Below, piece by piece: positions 61,585 through 64,000 of a stretch of DNA of 64,000 nt. The notes under the pieces were generated by a model. The model did no database searches. It worked only from the letters and a program-made list of their open reading frames with translations, and was not told the origin of the DNA. Both the position numbers and the translations under genes were made by a program. The stretch lies in NCBI GenBank assembly GCA_033853925.1, contig JAWOLC010000022.1, positions 6,512-70,511 of the forward strand, given 5' to 3'. Origin of the DNA: Candidatus Eiseniibacteriota bacterium (GTDB taxonomy: Bacteria > Eisenbacteria > RBG-16-71-46). The stretch's first letter is position 1; the number at the start of each line of letters is the position of its first letter.

Positions 61585-62562
61585 ATGCCGAAGCGGCCGA
61601 AGGGGATGTTTCGACGCGGGCGGTCGTTCTACGTCCGCGTGTGGGAGAGCGGCGAAGACCGCTGGGTGTGCCTCGGGACGGACTACGGAAAGGCCTGTGA
61701 GACGCTCCGAGCGCTGCGCAGAGGCGAAAGGCCGGTGCAGCGTGGCTCCACGGTCAGGGACGTGGCCGAACGATGGCTCACGGTCTACGTGCCGACCGCG
61801 CGGGGCGAGAAGCAGGTGCGGATGTCGCGCACGCGGGTCAGCAAGTACTTGGCGGAGTTCATGGGGCACAAGCCGCTCGTTTCGGTGAAGCCCGACGATT
61901 TCCGCGAGTACCGGCTCTGGCTCGAGGACCAGGAGTTGAAACCGATGACGGTGGTGCATCTGCTGTCGGACGCGCGGTGCTTTTTCAACTGGTGCGCGGA
62001 TACCGGCGTGCTGGACAGGTCGCCGTTTCCGCGCCGGGTGATGCCGCGAGTCCAGGAGGTGCCACCGGACCGCCTCACGGACGAGGAGGTCGTCTCGGTG
62101 CTCTCCGTTCGCGAGCCTCATGCGTTCGTGTTGCGGCTGGCATTGGGTACGGGCCTGCGGTGGGGAGAGCTCACGCGGGCTCAGGCCTCAGACGTCGAGC
62201 ACGGGATGCTCGTGGTCAGCCAGACCAAGTCGGGTCGGGTGCGCCGGGTGCCGCTGTCGCCGGAGTTGCTGGCCGAGGTTCGGCGGAGAGTGGGCCGGCT
62301 GGTGGGCTACTCGTGGAAGTCGCCAGGGTCGTTCGCCGGCGCGGTGCGCCGGATGAGCGGCGTCCATCGGTTCCACGTTCACCAGCTGCGGCACACGTTT
62401 GCGTGCCGATGGGTCGAGCAGGGTGGAAACCTGGCAGCGCTTCAGCAGATTCTCGGGCACGCCAGCATCGTCACGACGCAGCGCTACGCGAGGCTGAGTG
62501 ACGAGGCGGTGAGACGCGAGGCCGAGAGGCTCTTGGAGATGGAGGCGGGCCGTGCTTCGTAG
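61585..62562 (+). CDS. Tyrosine recombinase/integrase
   Basis: N-terminal arm-binding-like domain (RGRSFYVRVW...RWVCLG); catalytic R (TGLRWGE), K (TKSG), HxxR (HQLRH), LGH, Y (QRYA). Confidence 0.96.
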   Translation: MPKRPKGMFRRGRSFYVRVWESGEDRWVCLGTDYGKACETLRALRRGERPVQRGSTVRDVAERWLTVYVPTARGEKQVRMSRTRVSKYLAEFMGHKPLVSVKPDDFREYRLWLEDQELKPMTVVHLLSDARCFFNWCADTGVLDRSPFPRRVMPRVQEVPPDRLTDEEVVSVLSVREPHAFVLRLALGTGLRWGELTRAQASDVEHGMLVVSQTKSGRVRRVPLSPELLAEVRRRVGRLVGYSWKSPGSFAGAVRRMSGVHRFHVHQLRHTFACRWVEQGGNLAALQQILGHASIVTTQRYARLSDEAVRREAERLLEMEAGRAS

Positions 62563-63196
62563 GCTGGACGGTCTCTGGCATTGGGGTGTGCCGCTTCTGG
62601 TGGCCTGCATCATCGCGTCGTTGGGATGCTCAGCTTCGGAAGACAAGCGATTCCGAAACGAGGTGGGGCCAGTCCTGAAGCTGTGTGCGGAGCTCAACTC
62701 CGACCTAGGAGTCGCCGCGTGGACACCGGAGGAGTTGGTGTCGGAGCAGGCGAGGACGAATGCGGAGATCGAGCGGTACGGTGCAGCGGTGAGAGCGCTG
62801 CCTCAGCCTCGGGACAAGCGGCTGAGGTACTTGGCCATCAGGCTGGGAGCGTTCAGAGTGACCGCGGCGGAGATGGTCGGAGCAAGGATCGCCACGCTGG
62901 ACGCGCTGATCAATGCGAGACTGCCCGGACTGACGCCGGGTGCTAAGCGTCTGACCGGATACTGGCTTGAGCGGCGCGGCCGGGAGCAGCGGGAGAGCGA
63001 AGCGAAGTACGGCACGGCTCTTCGGTATGTGCTCGCGGCGGAGCAAGTGGCGCTCGGGACCAGCGGACTCCGAGATGCTCTCGAAGCGTCTTACTTGGGC
63101 GGACACGAGCCGCCTGGGGTGAGTCGTGCGCAGAGAGACAGCTTGGTCGCTCAGACCGAAGGCTTGGTGCGGTCGGAGATCGCCGCGATGCGGTGA
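62552..63196 (+). CDS. Hypothetical lipoprotein (island cargo)
   Basis: GTG overlaps the int end; hydrophobic stretch plus lipobox SLGC; helical body. Confidence 0.6.
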   Translation: MLRRLDGLWHWGVPLLVACIIASLGCSASEDKRFRNEVGPVLKLCAELNSDLGVAAWTPEELVSEQARTNAEIERYGAAVRALPQPRDKRLRYLAIRLGAFRVTAAEMVGARIATLDALINARLPGLTPGAKRLTGYWLERRGREQRESEAKYGTALRYVLAAEQVALGTSGLRDALEASYLGGHEPPGVSRAQRDSLVAQTEGLVRSEIAAMR

Positions 63197-63201
63197 CGTT
63201 T

Positions 63202-63222
63202 TGTAGCAGGTGCTGTAGCAGG
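63202..63222 (+). promoter_or_regulatory. Integrase arm-type direct repeats at the right end
   Basis: TGTAGCAGG at 63202 and 63214, matching TGTAGCTG at the left end. Confidence 0.7.
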
Positions 63223-63320
63223 CGAGTTCCGCAGACCCTCAAGTAGCGAGAGAGGCCGTCCTGCGAAATCGAAGTGAGTGAGAGCGGTGCCCGGCCTCGG
63301 TGAGCGAAGCCGACAGAAGG

Positions 63321-63339
63321 TGAGCAGCGGCTTCCTCAG
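63321..63339 (+). repeat. Right/junction att core repeat TGAGCAGCGGCTTCCTCAG
   Basis: 18/19 identical to 58820-58838. Confidence 0.88.
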
Positions 63340-63603
63340 CCGTGACCGCGTGAAATCGGGGTGAGACGAGGTCGAGACGCCTGTTGGTGACGCGAGTTAT
63401 AGTTACCGTGAGCCCCACGGAGTTACGCGTCCGTGGGGCTCATGGTGTCTCAGGACTGACGGGAACGCTTCGGGACGTGAGAGGACGCTGATGCCGGTAC
63501 CAAGCCGGGACCAAGCGATGGGCTGCGGTGATTGGGCCTTCGGGAGTTGCCGATAACGAGATATGCGCTTGGGTGTACCGGAGGGCAAGGTGGGAGATTG
63601 AAG

Positions 63604-64000
63604 ATGGCGACAGCATCGAAATCGCTCGCATACGGGCTGATGGCGCTTGGCGTCGTCATGGCGTCTTTGAGCGTGCTTCCGGAAGAGAAGACGGTCAACG
63701 TTCCTCTCCGGATTCAGGCGGGTTACAGGGGCGAGGTTGAGTTCAGACCGCGCGCCCATGACGCCTACGAGATTCAGCTGGTGATCAACGACAACGGCCC
63801 GATGAAGAACGCGATTCTGAACGGTCGACCGAATGTGATCGGAGCCGCGTTAGTGGGTTCTAGACGGAGGGAGGAAGGGTCGGCGGCGTCTGCTGTGAGA
63901 ATGACTTGGTCGGCTGTGCAGGGTGGGCGAGTCATCGCGCGAGGGCAGTCGCGGGACCTCGGACTTGGATGGTTCTCGGGAAACGAGGCATTCAGGCGAC
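63604..64000 (+). CDS. Hypothetical exported protein, 3'-truncated by the window (element 2 cargo)
   Basis: ATG 63604 after GGGAG; MATASKSLAYGLMALGVVMASLSVLPEEK... open to the window end; N-terminal hydrophobic helix; absent from the ORF track because no stop falls in the window. Confidence 0.65.
   Translation, partial: MATASKSLAYGLMALGVVMASLSVLPEEKTVNVPLRIQAGYRGEVEFRPRAHDAYEIQLVINDNGPMKNAILNGRPNVIGAALVGSRRREEGSAASAVRMTWSAVQGGRVIARGQSRDLGLGWFSGNEAFRR

Larger units (their letters stand above)
58820..63339 (+). mobile_element. Small tyrosine-integrase integrative element (element 1, 4,501-bp unit)
   Basis: Bounded by 19-bp direct repeats; xis plus int genes; TGTAGC arm repeats inside both ends; visibly lower GC than the flank. 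Confidence 0.88.
63321..64000 (+). mobile_element. Left end of a second, related integrative element (partial)
   Basis: Core, then 13-bp hairpin (63409-63442), 10-bp phased repeats (63454-63487) and 11-bp direct repeat GCCGGKACCAA (63493-63514), with the hairpin loop and last GACG at the same offsets as element 1. Confidence 0.72.

Overview
High-GC bacterial chromosome segment. A C-terminal TWGxxKxxYR motif and the gene content suggest Candidatus Eisenbacteria or a related FCB-group lineage (inference). Bases 1-58.7 kb are mostly core genes: secG-tRNA-Leu(GAG), a tol-pal-cpoB operon followed by an Omp85-family gene, dcd, an orphan nuoI, hsp20-dnaK, uppP/murJ, bshC-bshA-DUF1611-epimerase-HK-rsgA, thrC, nfeD-slipin, an ABC/lipocalin cluster, gltA and DUF899/DUF2182. 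From 58,820 the DNA is visibly less GC-rich and forms a 4,501-bp-unit integrative element. It is bounded by a 19-bp direct repeat (TGAGCAGCGGYTTCCTCAG) and carries a secreted protein, an Abi_C/HEPN abortive-infection protein, a candidate ~150-nt structured ncRNA with its own promoter and terminator, an excisionase, a tyrosine integrase and a lipoprotein. A second, related element begins at the right repeat. Its att-arm architecture is spaced identically (core, IHF-like hairpin, 10-bp phased GACG repeats, arm repeats) but its arm-repeat sequence differs, which suggests a tandem array of mini-islands. The shared core reads as the first codons of a gene (ATG/GTG AGC AGC GGY TTC CTC AG). All family calls come from motif recognition by eye, not from database searches.
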